A stretch of 61,924 nucleotides of DNA, counting the filler, from Chiloscyllium plagiosum (taxonomy: Eukaryota): the NCBI RefSeq assembly GCF_004010195.1. It is 3 parts of one record of this genome, joined end to end, with 100 filler letters (N's around TTAATTAATTAA, not from the genome) between each part and the next. Parts side by side here need not be neighbours in the genome. Positions count along the whole stretch, not along the records: positions 1 to 29,421 come from NC_057710.1; 2 more parts are not named here. One strand, written 5' to 3'. The notes under the pieces are model-generated. The model was not told where the DNA came from and searched no databases. It saw only the letters and a list, made by a program, of their open reading frames with translations. Positions 1 through 14,353 of this stretch are shown here, piece after piece (position 1 is the stretch's first letter; each line of letters begins with the position of its first letter). The translations under genes were made by a program, and so were the position numbers.

Positions 1-23
1 GAGAGAAAGAAAAAAAGTGTGTC

Positions 24-70
<47 letters not shown>

Positions 71-97
71 ATGAGAGAGAAAGAATGAGAGAGAGAA
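1..97. repeat. (GA)n/(GT)n microsatellite
   Basis: Directly visible dinucleotide runs. Confidence 0.95.
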
Positions 98-104
98 TCT
101 GCAC

Positions 105-700
105 AAGCGAGAGTACAATGATCACCAGGAAAGGGCATTCCCTCGCAATCGGGGAACACTTCAGCAGTCAGGGACATTAGGCTTCACACCTTTTGGTGAC
201 CATCCTCCAAACGGACTTCGGGACAAGCAACAACGCAATGTGGCCAAACGGAGGCCAATAGCCACGTTCGGTACCCAGGTGGGTGGCCTGAACCAGGACC
301 TTGGGTTCACTTCACACCATAGGTGACCCCACTGCACCACAGACACACCCACTCACATTCCCACCGCCACACACAACCTCTCACAGGTTTACACCCCATC
401 TCTCGCTCTCTCACACACTTTTTCAAGCTTGTACATATGCAAACACTCTCCCCTGCACCTGCACACACAAGTTAATGGGGCAAATTTGTCTTTACAGATA
501 CATTCTGTTTTGCTCAAAAAATGTGTTACCTACAGGCAGTCAACCCATGTAATATTGTGTAAATTCCACTTTAGAAACAGAACCAATCGGACTCAAGATT
601 AGAATACAGACTGAATTTAACCCTGCACCTTTAAAAACATTGTCTGAGCTGAGATGGCACCTTTTGCTATAAAAACGTAAGTTCCCTTAAAATAAGTTCT
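105..700 (+). mobile_element. Penelope-like element 3' fragment (end of GIY-YIG domain plus UTR)
   Basis: Decayed GEHFSSQGH...FGTQ..GLNQDLGF motif followed by CA-rich UTR. Confidence 0.65.
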
Positions 701-709
701 TACTGGGGG

Positions 710-1385
710 GAGAATTGACGTTTCAGGACAGTGCCCTTCATCAGGAATGAAACTTGTGAGCGAGGGAGCAGAGAGATAAACTGGGGGGGGGGGGGGGTAA
801 ACAGTGTGTTAGGCCAGTGGAGGTGGGGGTTATTGTGATAGGTCAGAGAGGAAGGTGGAGCAGATAGGGGTGAAGGAAGATGGTCATGTAGGACAGGTCA
901 CAAGGGCGATGCCAGATTGGAAGGTTGGAATGGGCATGGGGAATAGTGCCAGTTTAACTGCAGAAGATGGACTGTTCCACGTTACCGACATAGGGACAGG
1001 CATAGCTGGGGCCCATGCAGGTGTCCATGGCTATCCCTTTCATCTGGAGAAAGTGGGAGGATTCAAAGGAGAAATTGAGGGTGAGGACCAGCTCAACCAA
1101 ACAAATGAGTGTCAGTGGAGGGGTACTGGTGGGGACACCGAGTGAGGAAGAAACAGAGGTCTTTTGTAGGCCTTCATGGGAGATCGAGGTATATAGGAAC
1201 TGGATGTCCATGGTGAAGATGAGGCGCTGGGGGCCAGGGAAATGAAAGTCGTGGAGGGCATGGGTGGTGTGTCAAATGTATGTGGGGAGTTCCTGGACCA
1301 GGGGCAATAGGACAGTATCAACGTATGTGAAGAGCAACTCTGTGGGGCAGGAGCAAGCCGAGACATATGGGTCGGCCAGGGTCAA
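710..1385 (-). mobile_element. Penelope-like element RT fragments and terminal repeat with hammerhead core
   Basis: LVELVLTLNFSFESSHFLQMKGIAMDTCMGPSYAC (PLE RT motif); CTGATGA-agggc act gtcct-GAAACGTC on minus at 717-744. Confidence 0.8.
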
Positions 1386-1604
1386 ACTAGTGTTGTGTGA
1401 TTTTTAAACTTAGTCCACCCCAGTCCAACGCCAGCTCCTCCAAATCATAGCTATTAAAGGCAATAGAGACATGCAACCTTTAAACAAAATTTAAGTTATA
1501 GATCATTCATGTTTGGTTGATTTATGCTAACAGGAAGATAGATAACATATCTGTATGCCAGCTCTCAACTACAGATCTCCCAAAGCATGCAGAGACATCG
1601 ATGT

Positions 1605-1968
1605 CATGGCAGTGGACCTGGACTAGTAATCCATAGTCCCACCTAATGTTCTTGGCAGATAGTTGGATTCCTGCCACGTCAGATGGTAAGGTATTAACTG
1701 AATGCAAATCTGGAATTAAAAAGCTAGTCTAATCACTGTTCATTTTTTGCAAACATCCATCTGGTTCAATAATGCCCTTTATGGAAGATCTTTTCCCATC
1801 CTTACCTGTTCTGGCCTACTTGCAATTTCAGACACCACAGCAATAAAGCTGACTCAACTGCCCTGTGAAGTGGCCTACCATGCAACTTAAATCAAAGGTA
1901 ACTACAAATGGGAAATAAATGCAGGCTTTTGCAAGCTACACCTACATCCTGTGACGGCATCAAAAATT
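1605..1968 (+). mobile_element. Deu-domain SINE (SacSINE1-like)
   Basis: catctggttc..taatg.cc..., ccttacctg.tctggccta core and shared LINE-like tail; related copies near 20677-21010 (-), 44960-45121 (+), 53240-53540 (-). Confidence 0.65.
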
Positions 1969-2047
1969 CATAACCATGGCATTTATTATGCAATTATTAC
2001 TATAACTTGCTAATTTTGAAATCTATTTATCATGTTTATGTCCTTAC

Positions 2048-2203
2048 CAACTGCAGAAAATTGGAGGCTTGTTTTGCCCATTTTATACTGATGTTCTTGT
2101 GGGCTCGTTTGTTCAATGGTAAGTGACACATTAAGGCCACATGTGCACAATATATTCGGCAAATGTCTGCTGCCTCTTGAAATGTTAAACTTTCATCCTT
2201 TGC
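2048..2203 (-). CDS. DDX60: DDX60 coding exon 7 (gene continues beyond window start)
   Basis: Acceptor gtcacag, donor TTG|gtaagg; 156 nt; AKDESLTFQEAADICRIYCAHVALMCHLPLNKRA...FLQL matches DDX60 LTLQEMEDLCKLHC...HLPLSQRA; not in the ORF track. Confidence 0.92.
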
Positions 2204-5200
2204 CTGTGACATTCAAAGAGCAAACACAAGATAATCAGCATACATTAAGCACGTCTTTGCATACTACAAGTTTGTAAATTTATTCTTACAGGAGACAAAA
2301 CTATTAATAAAGAGATAAAAATGCTGGTGCTAGGAAGCAAACATCATGGTAACAAAGCAAGACCATACATACATAGCTTTGAATAAGGGATAACCTCAAC
2401 AATACAAGAAACATCCAAATCACATACTAAATGGAAAAGCAGCTGCAAGTACCATTAAAAGGATCGAAAACATGACAAAGTTTACATTAAAAACCAAGGG
2501 TGCAGCAATCTCTTAGCAGCATTTTATGCAAAAAATGTGACTTGAAGTATGTATTTAAACAGCGTGACAATCCTTATGGAAGGACAGTCTAACTCCAGAT
2601 TGCAAAAATTCATCAAGGCACAGAATGTCACCAAACCTAATCTGCAAAAATGAAAAGTCACTTTCTTCTAGGCCGGTGTTATCTAATATATTAGCTGCAT
2701 GTGGCTAGTTATACTGCTGCTAATTGCCTTTTCTAATTTACCATTGAACCATTAACGTGCATCTGACTGCAATACTTCTTTCTCAGTATGTACATGAGTA
2801 TTTTAACCCACTTGCTAAAACATCAGGATACAAAATGCAAGTGCATTGTGATCATTATGAGCCCTTTAATCCCTTGGTTACTGAAAGTCCACAAATGTCA
2901 GTAAATATTTGCTATGCACACATACACAAGCACATGTAAGCTAATAGCAACAGGACTAAAATAGATCTTGATTGACCACAAATATGGCTATCAGTAATTT
3001 CCAGTGGACAATACTAATCTAAATAATGGCAAAGTCTTGAAGTGCTTATTTGAATTAAATAAAAATGTTGATCAAAAGACTATAAGAATTATAATATTCA
3101 GGAGCTTGTTGTCACTCAATATTCAGATCCCAACACTGTTCAACAATAATTTGCACACCTAAAATTAAAGGTAACACAAAGAAATTATAAAACATCAAGA
3201 ATAGACAAGCATTATTAGAATTCTGATTAATGGACCACAACTAAAAATGCAAGCTTAAGCTCAGAGATGATATGAATGCGCATCTTAAGTATTATTCTGA
3301 AAGCAACAACAACTTTAATTTGTGTCAAAATATATCTGTAACCAGATGAGACAAGAGTATAACATACAAGTAAACTCAGCATTTCTAGATTACAAAAGGG
3401 GAAAGAAATGATCCAGCATTCCTTCCCCAAAGTCTGTTCAGTAACTCTGCTTTACATCAGCCCAGAATGGATGGCCATCTTCCTGGAGGTGAATAACACC
3501 TTGACATTCAGTTATCAAAGCTTTTGTGCAGACTGACTGAAGTTTCAAGACAGTCAATAGCTTAGAGGAAGAAAAAAGTGCAAACAAATTCATTCAAAAA
3601 CATTCACAATAAAGTTAATTTTTCAAGCTGGAACTAAACATGAAACATTCAGACATAACAGACTAGGTTCTGTTTACAGATTTCTGCCTGATCTTCTAAT
3701 ATTTACTGTGCTTAAGTGATACAGTGAACCCAGGCCACAGGCCCAGGAATAATATTCTCTGCACGCAAGCTGAACATTATAAGTTTACTTGGCATTTCGG
3801 AAGGATAGTCGGGAAAGGTAAAAGGTGGTGAAGTGGTGCTGATAACAAAGCAGTGGGATCAACGTATTGCAGAGATAGTATCGCCAATCTGAAGAATTGG
3901 AGGTTGACTGTGTGGGTGGAGCCAAGAAAAAGCAAGAGGAAACAAACATTAGTACGTAAGGTTATATCAAGCAAACAATAGTGGTAATATAGGTCATTGT
4001 GTAAATCAGCTGATCAGAGGTGCACCTGGAAAAGAAAATACAGTAATCATGGGTTACTTTAATCTATACGCAGGTGAGTAAACCTAATCAACACCAATGC
4101 CATTAGGAAATAATTCCCAGAATGTTTGAGATTTTGGAGCAAAATGTTAAAACGACCCAACCAGGACTCAAGTTTTTAGGTTTAGTATTATTCATCGAGA
4201 AAAGAGAAAATGAATAATCTGGTTGGAAATGGACCTTTAGGGAACAGTGAGCATTTTAAGAGTTTTGCAGTTCATCTTAAACTAGAGTCTTAAATCTAAT
4301 TAAGTGCAATTACAAAGGTTGGAAGACGATGTGATGGACTGCAAAACTACATTAAAAGATTTGAATGTAGACACAGTCATTATGTAGTTAACGTTTTAAA
4401 AATACCTGGTTTTCAAAAAAGGTACACACTTATAAGGGCATAAAATACCCAAGGAAGAAAAGCAACAGCACCACAACGAACAAATGAAGTTAAAGATAAT
4501 ATTAGGTCAAAGGAGGGTTATAGCATTGTCAGAAAAATAGCTGCTAGCCTGAGAAATGGGAGAATTTTAGAATTCAGCAAAGGAGGAACAAGAAGTTAAT
4601 AAAGAAAATCAGAATGAAGCAAAATAGCAAGACTTGCAATGAATGTCAAAGCTTCTATAGGTATAGAAAAAGAAAAAGATCAGCAAAACAAATGAGATTA
4701 CAAAGCAGAGCCTGGCCTACTTTTGCTCCTTTGTCTTCTAGATTAGAAGCAAACTGAATGCTCCCTCTTGGTGACAGGTCTACAAATAAGGGATACAGAC
4801 ACAATAGGAGGGAGGTTATTTGGGACTGAGATGAAGATGAACCTCTTCAGTCAAACAGTACTGAATATTTGGAATTCTTTATCCCAGAGCCTTCAGTTAT
4901 TAAGTTCAAATAGATTCGATTTCAATTTCTAATGACATCAAGGGATATACAGCATAGCATTGTGGCATTAAGGCAGATAAATAGCCATGAGTGAGAATAG
5001 CAAACGTGGCTTGAGGGGCTAACTGTCATCCTTCTGATTCTACAAAAACACAATGTTTTACTTCTGCCAAATAACTGTAAATATATATTGATATAAATGC
5101 AATGACAGTAATTCTCAGTAACATGTTTAGATACATGCCGACTTAAGTATCTGTCTGCATTTGAAATAACACAGGTATTGTAATTATTCAAGCGTACGTG

Positions 5201-5659
5201 AATAGGAAAGGTTTGAAAGGATGTGGGCCAGCAGAAGGCAGGTGGGACAAGTTTAGTTTGGGTTTATATTCGGCATGGACTGGTTGGACTGAAGGGTCTG
5301 TTTCTGTGCTGTAGGACTCAAATGATCTAAACAATTGGCTTACATTAATATTCAATTTCTTCAGGCGATTTCTTAGACAGTATAATTGACATTTCTTTTA
5401 TTGTAGAAAAATGCACAAAAGCAATATCAAGACCTGGAAGAACTATTGAAATTACTCCAAACTGCAGTCCAAACTATCTGCACATCACTTGCATTTGATT
5501 CAGAAATATCATGAGGCACGCAAGTCCAAATTCCAATGTGATAATACTTCATCCTGCCAAATTTCTGCTCAGTGAAATGATCAGGTTCTACATCAGCCCA
5601 TTAATAACAGCACACAATTCATTGACCTTCAGCTAAAGTACACAAAATTCCAGCCAACA

Positions 5660-6045
5660 GAGTCAGAGATATACAGCACAGAAACAGACCTTTCGGTCCA
5701 ACTCGTCCAAGCCAACCAGATATCCCAATCCAATCTAACCTCACCTGCAAGCACTCAGCCCATATCCCTCCAAACCCTTCCTATTCATTTACCCATCCAG
5801 ATGCCTTTTAAATGTTGTAAATATACTAGCCTCCACCACTTCCTCTGGCAGCTCATTCCATACATGTAACACCCTCTGGGTGAAAAAGTTGCCCTTTAGG
5901 TCTCCCATATCTTTCCCTTCTCCCCTTAAACCTATGCCCTCTAGTTCTGGACTCGCCCAAACCAGGGGAAGAGACTTTGTCTATTTATCTTATCCATGCC
6001 CCTCATGATTTTATAAACCTCCATAAGGTCACCCCTCAGCCTCCA
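5660..6045 (-). mobile_element. CR1/HER1 LINE 3' end
   Basis: LRGDLMEVYKIMRG...WNELP coding end and the same 3' UTR as other copies in the window. Confidence 0.85.
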
Positions 6046-7505
6046 AATGAGCAGTGTGTTTGATCACATTCTCATCCTAAAGATGGCTTCATCTTGCAAC
6101 CCTGAATAACACAAGTTTGCAAATTTCATATAAATTAAGGATTATTAAATGTCTGTCTTCAAACTCTACCTCTCAGTGTTCCACTTGTAACATAGTATAT
6201 GGTACTGTTGGTGTTGGGCTATTAGTCAATGCAACTTTAATAGCAGCCTCTGTCCCTGGCAGGATCCACATTCGCCAAGGATCTCTTCGAAAGCTTCCAT
6301 CCTCTATTAGCTTCAAGTCACAGAAAGCTTTATCCCTCACCCTCACTGAATGGTGGACTATCACCTCATTTAGAATTTCTGCCATTAGAGATTCTCCATA
6401 GATATTATCTCCATCCATCCATTAAACTCAATCCTATAAATTCTGACTCTAATCTCTCCATTCCACTGATATACCTATACAAAACTCATCCCTTTTCTTT
6501 GCTCTATCATTGGAAGCTGTCTCTTCAGCCACTAGCATTCACTACTATTCGCCACTATTTTCGTATTTCTCTCCCCCCTCCCCACCCACAATTTCTCCCT
6601 TCTACTTGAATTCTCTCCAAAACCCTCTCTTCAGTTCAGGTTTACATATCTCTCTCAACACCCCTCTTCCTCAATCTGGCACCAATTTCCTCACATCTGA
6701 AGCATCTTGGCATTTTTTTTGATGTTGGAGATGATGCAAATAAAAATGGTTAGCCAGAATTCCATAAGGAATGTATTAAATATATTTCAGCTGGTCACAG
6801 AACATTCTTGGAAAAACTTCACCTGATTAGCAGCTGCAACAACTCTGACAAAGAGTTCTTTACTGAATCCATGCCAACTACAGTAGTCAATGGACAATTC
6901 AGCACATTACACTGATGCTGGACAGAATGGATGGAGTGACTGATGGATAATCTCATCAAATCATCAGTAGTCTCATGGTTGCACTGAGCATAGTGCTTAT
7001 TTTCAGTCCACTAAAGAGTATATTAATTCTTGTTCAGTGCTGAGATAAGGTTTTGAAAGAACTCGAATTTCTGTTAGGTGATAAGTGTTCAGGGACCCCA
7101 TTCTTCAACCAACTTTTCCAATTCATCACTTACTTTCCCCAATGCTTAGATGTCATGCCGATTGCAAAATGCCAATTATTTGCAGAAGTCTAATTGCTGG
7201 TGTAATTTATACAGAAGCAGGAAGGCAACATCAATATTGAACAAATTTTACTTAGTTCTCTCAGTGTTTATATGAAACAAAATTCTGATTCATTCAATAA
7301 ACTATTTTGCCAATCAGTCTGTTCATTTTAGGTTTGACATGTCCATAATTTCACCCTGGAGACCCAAGAACACCTGCTACGTAAAAGGTTCAGTTATGAC
7401 TTGAGATCAAAGTTAAAGTATAGATAAGCAAAGTGTAATCTATTCCAATCACTGAAGGAAATGCAAGTGTTTGATATACTTAAATAGTCTTAAGGGATAA
7501 CTTAC

Positions 7506-7664
7506 CTTACTGTTAGCAGTTTCTGTCCCTTTATGGTTTTCTTCATTTTTCAACAAGCGCATGTAACATTTCAGAGCCATTGAACAAGAAACAACACAGA
7601 CAGATCGCCTTATATCTGATCCATCTGGCCACAAACACTTGAGTTGATCAAAGTCCCACTGCAC
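7506..7664 (-). CDS. DDX60: DDX60 coding exon 6
   Basis: Acceptor ttgttag, donor AAG|gtaagt; 159 nt; LWPDGSDIRRSVCVVSCSMALK matches DDX60 VWPEGSDIRRVFCVTSCSLSLR. Confidence 0.95.
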
Positions 7665-7821
7665 CTAACAATATAGAATAAGCTGAAATTTACTTTGTAT
7701 GAATATTATTGAAATTCTATTCTATATTTAACAGCTGTGACACAAGCTTCATTCTTAAAATACATATTTTTGGATCCTGCACTTGAGAAATGATTTTATT
7801 TTCTAAAAATTTCTACGAAAT

Positions 7822-8062
7822 TTAGATTAGATTAGATTCCCTACAGTGTGGAAACAGGCCCTTTGGCCCAACCAGTCCACACCAACCCTCCGAAGAATAA
7901 TCCACCCAGACCCATTTCCCTCTGTCTAATGCACCTAACACTATGGGCAATTTAGCATGGCCAATTCACCTAATCTGTACATCTTTGGACTGTGGGAGGA
8001 AACTGGAGCACCCGGAAGAAACCCACGTAGACACGGGGAGAAGGTGCAAACTCCACACAGCT
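7822..8062 (-). mobile_element. HE1-type SINE, 5'-truncated
   Basis: V-domain (gggtttcttccgggtgctccagtttcctccc) and (TCTAA)n tail. Confidence 0.85.
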
Positions 8063-8089
8063 GGCAAAAAATTTAAAATTGGTCAGTAC

Positions 8090-8203
8090 CTCTTCTGACA
8101 GGCTCTTGTGATTTTGGTCTCTTCCAAGGAACTGCTTACTTATGCGATTTTGAGATAAAAATGATACTATTGACCGGTGAGCAGGTTCCATAGCTTTTTG
8201 GAT
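8090..8203 (-). CDS. DDX60: DDX60 coding exon 5
   Basis: Acceptor ttctctatttttag, donor GAG|gtactg; 114 nt, phase 0; IQKAMEPAHRSIVSFLSQ...KSLSEE; weak similarity but correct position and length. Confidence 0.82.
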
Positions 8204-8289
8204 CTAAAAATAGAGAAAACGATTAAAAATATTTCACTTTGTTAACATTGTTCTGGATTGATGACATGTGGCATATATCATAACATTTT

Positions 8290-9500
8290 TAAACATAAAG
8301 ATGAAATATTTCAATATTTTGTATTTATGCAGTACCCCAAAGTACTTCACAATAGTATTATAAAACATGATTTGACAGTTACTTCAGGAGATAGGATGGC
8401 AAATGTTCATAGGTTTGAACAGAGGCCGGTTTTAAGATGCATGTTTAAAAAGGAAATAGCAGGCAGAGAGATTTAACGAGAAAATTCCAAAATTAGGGAG
8501 CAACCAACTGAAGGCACGGTCACTCGTGACGCAGCAATTAAATTTGGGCACGTTGAAGAGGTCAGATAAAGAGTATCGGGACAACTGGGGGAGATTATAG
8601 GGGGTAGGGGAGAGGCAAATCCTTGATGGATTTAGAAACAAGATTAGAATTTTAGAAGTGAGATGCTGCTTAACTGGTAGCTAATGTAGGCCAGCAAGCC
8701 CAAGGAAAATGCACAAATGGGATTTAGGATAAAGTTAGGGCAAAAATAGGAGAGCTTCAAGCATACAGAGGATAAAATACAGGAGATCGGTCACAATTGT
8801 TCTGAATTAATGAATAATCTAGCAAATAAAGTTGTGGGTCAGGGCTTCAAAATCTGATGAACTAAAGGCCATTGCGTATGGACAATACCAAAATAGGTAA
8901 ACAGTCATGGAATGGATATATTGCTAGAAGCCTATTTGTGGGTAAATGCAGCAGCAAGGGTGTAAAAGCATGGATCAACCTCAGACTATTGCTAAGAAAA
9001 GAGTTAGTGAGCTATTCCTCCTCATCCTATCAGTTATATATGTGATGATTTGTTACTGCTACTTGTTACTGTTGCAAGAGGCAGTTTGGGATTGTGTCAA
9101 GAATGAAAACCCAACTGGAGGCATTCAAATGTGGAATACAGGAAAGAGACACATGAATTCTGGAGGTGACAAGTGCAATTGGGGATGGAGAATACTAGTC
9201 AGTTTTGACAGCAACGTTCACATTCAAAAAACATTTTTTTGGAAATATTCACTCTACAACATTGAGCATCAAAACAGGGCAGCAGTTTGCAAGGACAGAG
9301 GGATGAGGGGAGCACACACGTAAGAGAACTGTTGACAATGGTAGCAAATGTAGGGGTCAGGAAGTGAAGAAGGGAAGTCTGGTGGCACTGGATTCAGATC
9401 ACAGGTGGATCACATGGACAAGGGGAGGTTGTAGATTGTACATGGGGAAACAGAATTAGAAACAAAATACAAATTTAGGGTGAGAGCAGGTGCTGAGTGG
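8290..9500 (-). mobile_element. Old, degenerate L2-like LINE fragment
   Basis: Purine-rich plus strand with an L2-like 3' end; no open frame. Confidence 0.4.
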
Positions 9501-9650
9501 GGGTCATTACAGGACATATGGACTATTGGGCTCTGGAAAGAAAGCCAACTGACTCGACAGTCTCAACTTCAGCGACAAGCTCCGCAAGCACCTTGCAATG
9601 AATAAAAATAAACTGCAGTCAATAAGAATCTTGAGCATTAACATTATCAC

Positions 9651-10004
9651 CTTTCTGCTTTTTGTAGCAACCGCCTTACTGTTAAGGTAGTATCCATAAA
9701 GTCTGCGAACATCGGAATGCATGCCAGAGGTCATTACAACATTTATTTCACATCCTAGCGTGTGAAAAATGAACATCTTCAACAGGTAGGTGGACATCTC
9801 CCTCGTGTCGGCTAACGTGAACGCTTTGTCACTGATCATTATGAAATATGGGTACTTTTCTTGCAAAAACTCTTGCCATTTCGAAGAAAAGCAGTTGACA
9901 AATTCTGTGTAAACTGGAGCTTCTGTGTTGTTCTTCAGATGAAGAATTAATGCAGTTCGCAAAGATAGATGGTAGGAACTCCTAGCCCACATACACTCAG
10001 CATC
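9651..10004 (-). CDS. DDX60: DDX60 coding exon 4
   Basis: Acceptor tttgtttgtag, donor AAG|gtgata; 354 nt; DAECMW...LSLRTALILHL...YPYF...SDVRRLYGY matches DDX60 (DAEYAY...LSLRTALILHL...YPYF). Confidence 0.95.
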
Positions 10005-11559
10005 CTACAAACAAAAAAAAAGGCTAGATTTATACACCTTGCACATAAGAATTAATGAACATACATTTTTCATGTTTAAAAATGACTGTCCATAATGAAA
10101 GGTCAAATTTTAACAGAGGAAATAGAATGCTTAATTTTTAATATCATGCTTTCCTACAGATCCGAACCTTCTAAAGAGCAAACCAATAACTTGTATCCAT
10201 ACAGCACCTTTCATGTCCTTTAGCATCCCACTTTGCACATAAATAATTTTTAAGTCAAAAGAAATAACTTTTGAAGTGTAATAAGGTAATGACCATATCC
10301 AGCAAGAGAAAATCTAACCATCGCTTCTTGTCCACCTATGGAATTGCTATCATGGAATACCCAAATATATTCTTCTTTGGGTTACCACTGGCCTAAACAA
10401 AAATCATACAAATAGTGGTTACAAGAACAGGTTAGATGTGAGAAATTCTGTGGCAAATATTTCAATAGGTGAGTCTCCAAAACCTGCTCTGCACCCACAA
10501 GTCACGCAAGGAATACTCCCCACTTGCCAGTACAAATTCATCTTAAAAACACTTAAGAGGCTCGACCTGTCCCAGGACAAAAACTGCTGCTTGGAAAACT
10601 CCCAATCTTCCACGATTAACATTCAACCCCTTTATCACTAATAAGGTGGTAACAGTGTGTGGAAAAAAAACAGAGGCACTGATGCAACTCACCAAGGTTC
10701 CTTTGGCAGCATCATAAAACACAGCAGTTACACAGAGACACCATCAATTGCAAATTTACATTCAAACCACGTACCACCCTGACTTGGAGCAATATCAATG
10801 TTCTCTCACTGTCACTGGCTCAAATTCCCAGAGTTCCGTTTTTAGCAACACTGTGGATGTAACTACACTGGATGGACTGCAGCACAGACTTCAAGGGAAA
10901 TGAATATTTACCTAGCTAACAATGCTTGCAATCAATAAAAGGAGGAAAAGTCTGGACAGTGAATTTAACACAGTAAGATCCCACAAATAAATCACCAGAT
11001 AATTTTAGCAAAATATTTTTCTTTCCACCAAATTGTCTTCAGCAATATGAAAATGCAAGTGGCCAGTTCATTATTCCTATAAATTGAGATATTTCAATCC
11101 CCTAAAAAACGTACAGACAAATAGCCTTAAATTCAGTACATTTGAGGTTGCATTTCTGTTGCTCGCTATATATATTATATACATACATACATCACAGTGA
11201 AATCACTAAACATTAAAAAATAATTAAAATTTGAACGTCATAACACCGGAACTATGAGAGACTGAAGCCCATTCAGGGTGCAATTCTTGACTCTGGTAGA
11301 ACTCTTACCTTCAAGTCAGACTGTGTGGGCAAGTCCCACTCAGACTTGAGCATACAAACCAAGCTGACATTTCAGAGCAAAACTGTAATGTCAGCTGAGA
11401 CCAGGATCAGAAATCGCTTTCGGAAGAGATAGTCTGACAGTAATAGGAGGTGAAGAGAAGGGGAGAACTCACAAATGATCTGGTCAACATTCATACTTAG
11501 CAGAATCATAGCACTGCTACAGCATTCAAATCAAGATTACCTAGTGCTACCTTTCTGCT

Positions 11560-13705
11560 TTGCAACCTTAATCTTCTGTCCAAAATCTCATCCACTGTCC
11601 TCGTGAATACCTCAATTTAAACTGCCCCACCAAATTTCATGCAGCGCATTCCGTACTCCACTAAATGCAGTTTTCTCATTCATCACCCTTGCTTCTTTTG
11701 CACATCATTTTAAATCGATGCCCCTGAATTCCTGTTCTGTTGATGAGTGGGAACGGCTTCTCCCAACCTACTCTATCCAGCTTGCTCATGATGAAATCCC
11801 AACTTCTTCAATCAATCCTCATTACTGGAAGGATTCTTGTAAATCACTTCTCCACTCTCTCCAATGCATTCATTTTTCTGAAAACATGGCACCCAGATCA
11901 CACGCAATACTCCAGGGTCTTGCACAAATTCAATATCACCTCCTTGCTCTTACACTCTATACCATACTAATAATATCAAGGGCACAGTATGCTTTATTGA
12001 CTACTTCTCCATTTATCCTGCTATATTCACATGATGGTGTGTATATACACACACCGTGTTCCCTCTGCTCCTGCACCCCCTTTAGAATTGTGCCCCTATT
12101 TTATATTGACTGCCAAAATTCTTCCTACCGAAGTGCACCATCCCACACTTCTCTATATTGAAACTCATCTGCCATCTTAAACATCCATACCAACTGGTCA
12201 ATGTTCTTTTGAAGTTAAACACTGCCCTCCTCTCAGTTTACAAATTTTCCAAGTTTCATATCCTCTGCAAACTTTGAAACTGTCCCTGCAAACCAAATTC
12301 CAGTTCATTAATATTCACCAGGAAGAGCAAAGGACCCAATATCAACCTCTGCTGAACTTAACTGCAAATCTTTTAGCAAAAAAAAATCTATTGATCACTA
12401 CTCTGTCATCAGTCAATTTTGTATTTACATTGCTCATGTCCATCTTATACTCTGATTCATAACTTACCTCAAGTCTGTTGCATGGCTCTGTATCAAACAC
12501 CTTCTGGAAATTAATGTTTGCGAGATCAACAGTATTACCCTCATCAAGACTGTTAGCTCTTCAAAAACCTCAAGCAAGACAGTCAAATATGACCGTCCCT
12601 GCATAAATCGATGTCAACTCTTTCTAATGAACCCACCATTTTTCCATGCAATTACTAGTTCTACCCTGAGTAATTCCTTCTACAAGCTTCCTAATCACCA
12701 ATGCTAAACTGACTGATGAATAATTGCTGGAATTATCCTGATAACCTTGCTTGAAAAAGGCCATAATTTTTACAATTCTCCAATCTTCTGGCAACTTCCC
12801 AGAATAGAGGACAGACCAAATGATTATGGCCAGTGACCCGCAACTTCTATCCTTATCTCCTTCAAAGAGATTTGATCATCTCATCTGGTCCTGCTGCCTT
12901 GTTAACTTTATGCACCAAAAATTGATTCAAGATTTCTTCATTTATATTTTTGAATGCTTCTTAGGAACGAGTTTCCCCCTTCTCTTTTGTGAAGATAGAT
13001 GCAAAGTATCAATTTCACAGCTCAGACACACCCTGCCTGAAATCACCCCTCGGTCTCTGATTGGCCCTAATCATCCTTTACCTCTCCTCTATTGTCAATT
13101 ATGACGACTTTGGAATTCCACTTCACATTAGCTGCCAGTCTTTTCTCAATTCTTTTTTGCCAATCTTTTAGCTTCTTCACCTCCCCTCTAAACTTTGGTT
13201 TTCCTTTTGGCTTTCAATTTTATTTTCTGTCTTACATCTGTCCTTTCGCCAACCAGATAGATAACTCTAAATATTTACCCTACTTTTCCCATTTCAGGGA
13301 AGAAATCGTGTATCTAACCAATCTCTTTGAAAGTAGACCAGTGTTCAGTTAATGATGCTCCAGTCAATCTTGTCCAGCTCTGCTCTTGCCCCATTAAGGT
13401 CAGATCTCACCAGTTGATTCTTCTCTCTCTGGATCACTGCATATCATTCTTCATCATCATCCTGAGCCTTATGATACAATGATGATTGTTTCCTAAATAC
13501 ATGATTTATTTGATTGACTTGGCCCACATCATTTCCAAGGACCAGGTCCAATAATGCGTCCTTTCTCATTGGATAGGACACATACTGTTGCAGGAAACAA
13601 TCCTGCGCACATTCTAGGAACCTGTCCCCAGCTGCCCCTTACTCAATTATAAACTGGTTACTGGTAAGTGTAACTGAAATCTACTATAACTAAAGTCACC
13701 GTAGT
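11560..13705 (-). mobile_element. Degenerate CR1 LINE ORF2
   Basis: Decayed endonuclease (GDFSY) to RT and C-terminal motifs on minus strand. Confidence 0.7.
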
Positions 13706-13953
13706 CCTCCTTGACCACAGGGCTGCTCTCCGAAAGAGAGAAAACTGGTGGTGGTTTAACCAGCAGTGTGTACTGCCGACAAGATGCACCACAGACATTC
13801 ACCCAAGGTCTTCGGACAGCATCTTCCAAAGCCACAATCACTTCCATGGAGAAGGACAAGGGCAACAGATATATGGGAATACCACTACCTTCAAGTTCCC
13901 CTCCAAGCCACTCACCATCCTGACTTCAAAATGTATCACCATACCTTCACTTA

Positions 13954-14353
13954 TGTGGTGAAACGGTTAAAAATTATGTCCCAATACATGTGTGAATCTA
14001 ACCGGAATGGAGGTGTTGCTTAGTCCCGTGTGAATCTTATTACACACCTCCCCGTGTGAATCTTCTTAAAAGAGTATATCAGCTGGAAAAGTCTCCAGTT
14101 CGGTGAGTCTGCTCCGGGGTTACGTTTAACCGCCGAGCGTGGGTTGTTGGCAACCGCTCTACGAGAACTGACGGCTCCCAGTTCCGGTAACATGTAGAGT
14201 GAGTATAAGCCAGACCCGTTGTAAGTATGAGACCTGGTTGTGGCGACGCTGCGGGGAATAAAATGCTCATATTCTAGCAGACTCGCCTCTTGGTCGTTTG
14301 TTCTGTGTCAGACTACTCTCCTACGAACCTGACCTTGAGAATTTTTTAAAACA
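13954..14353 (+). mobile_element. Solo LTR (400 bp)
   Basis: TGT...ACA termini, exact 5-bp TSD ACTTA (13949-13953, 14354-14358), AATAAA at 14257-14262, three GTGTGAATCT repeats; interrupts a LINE 3'-tail fragment (about 13725-14515). Confidence 0.85.
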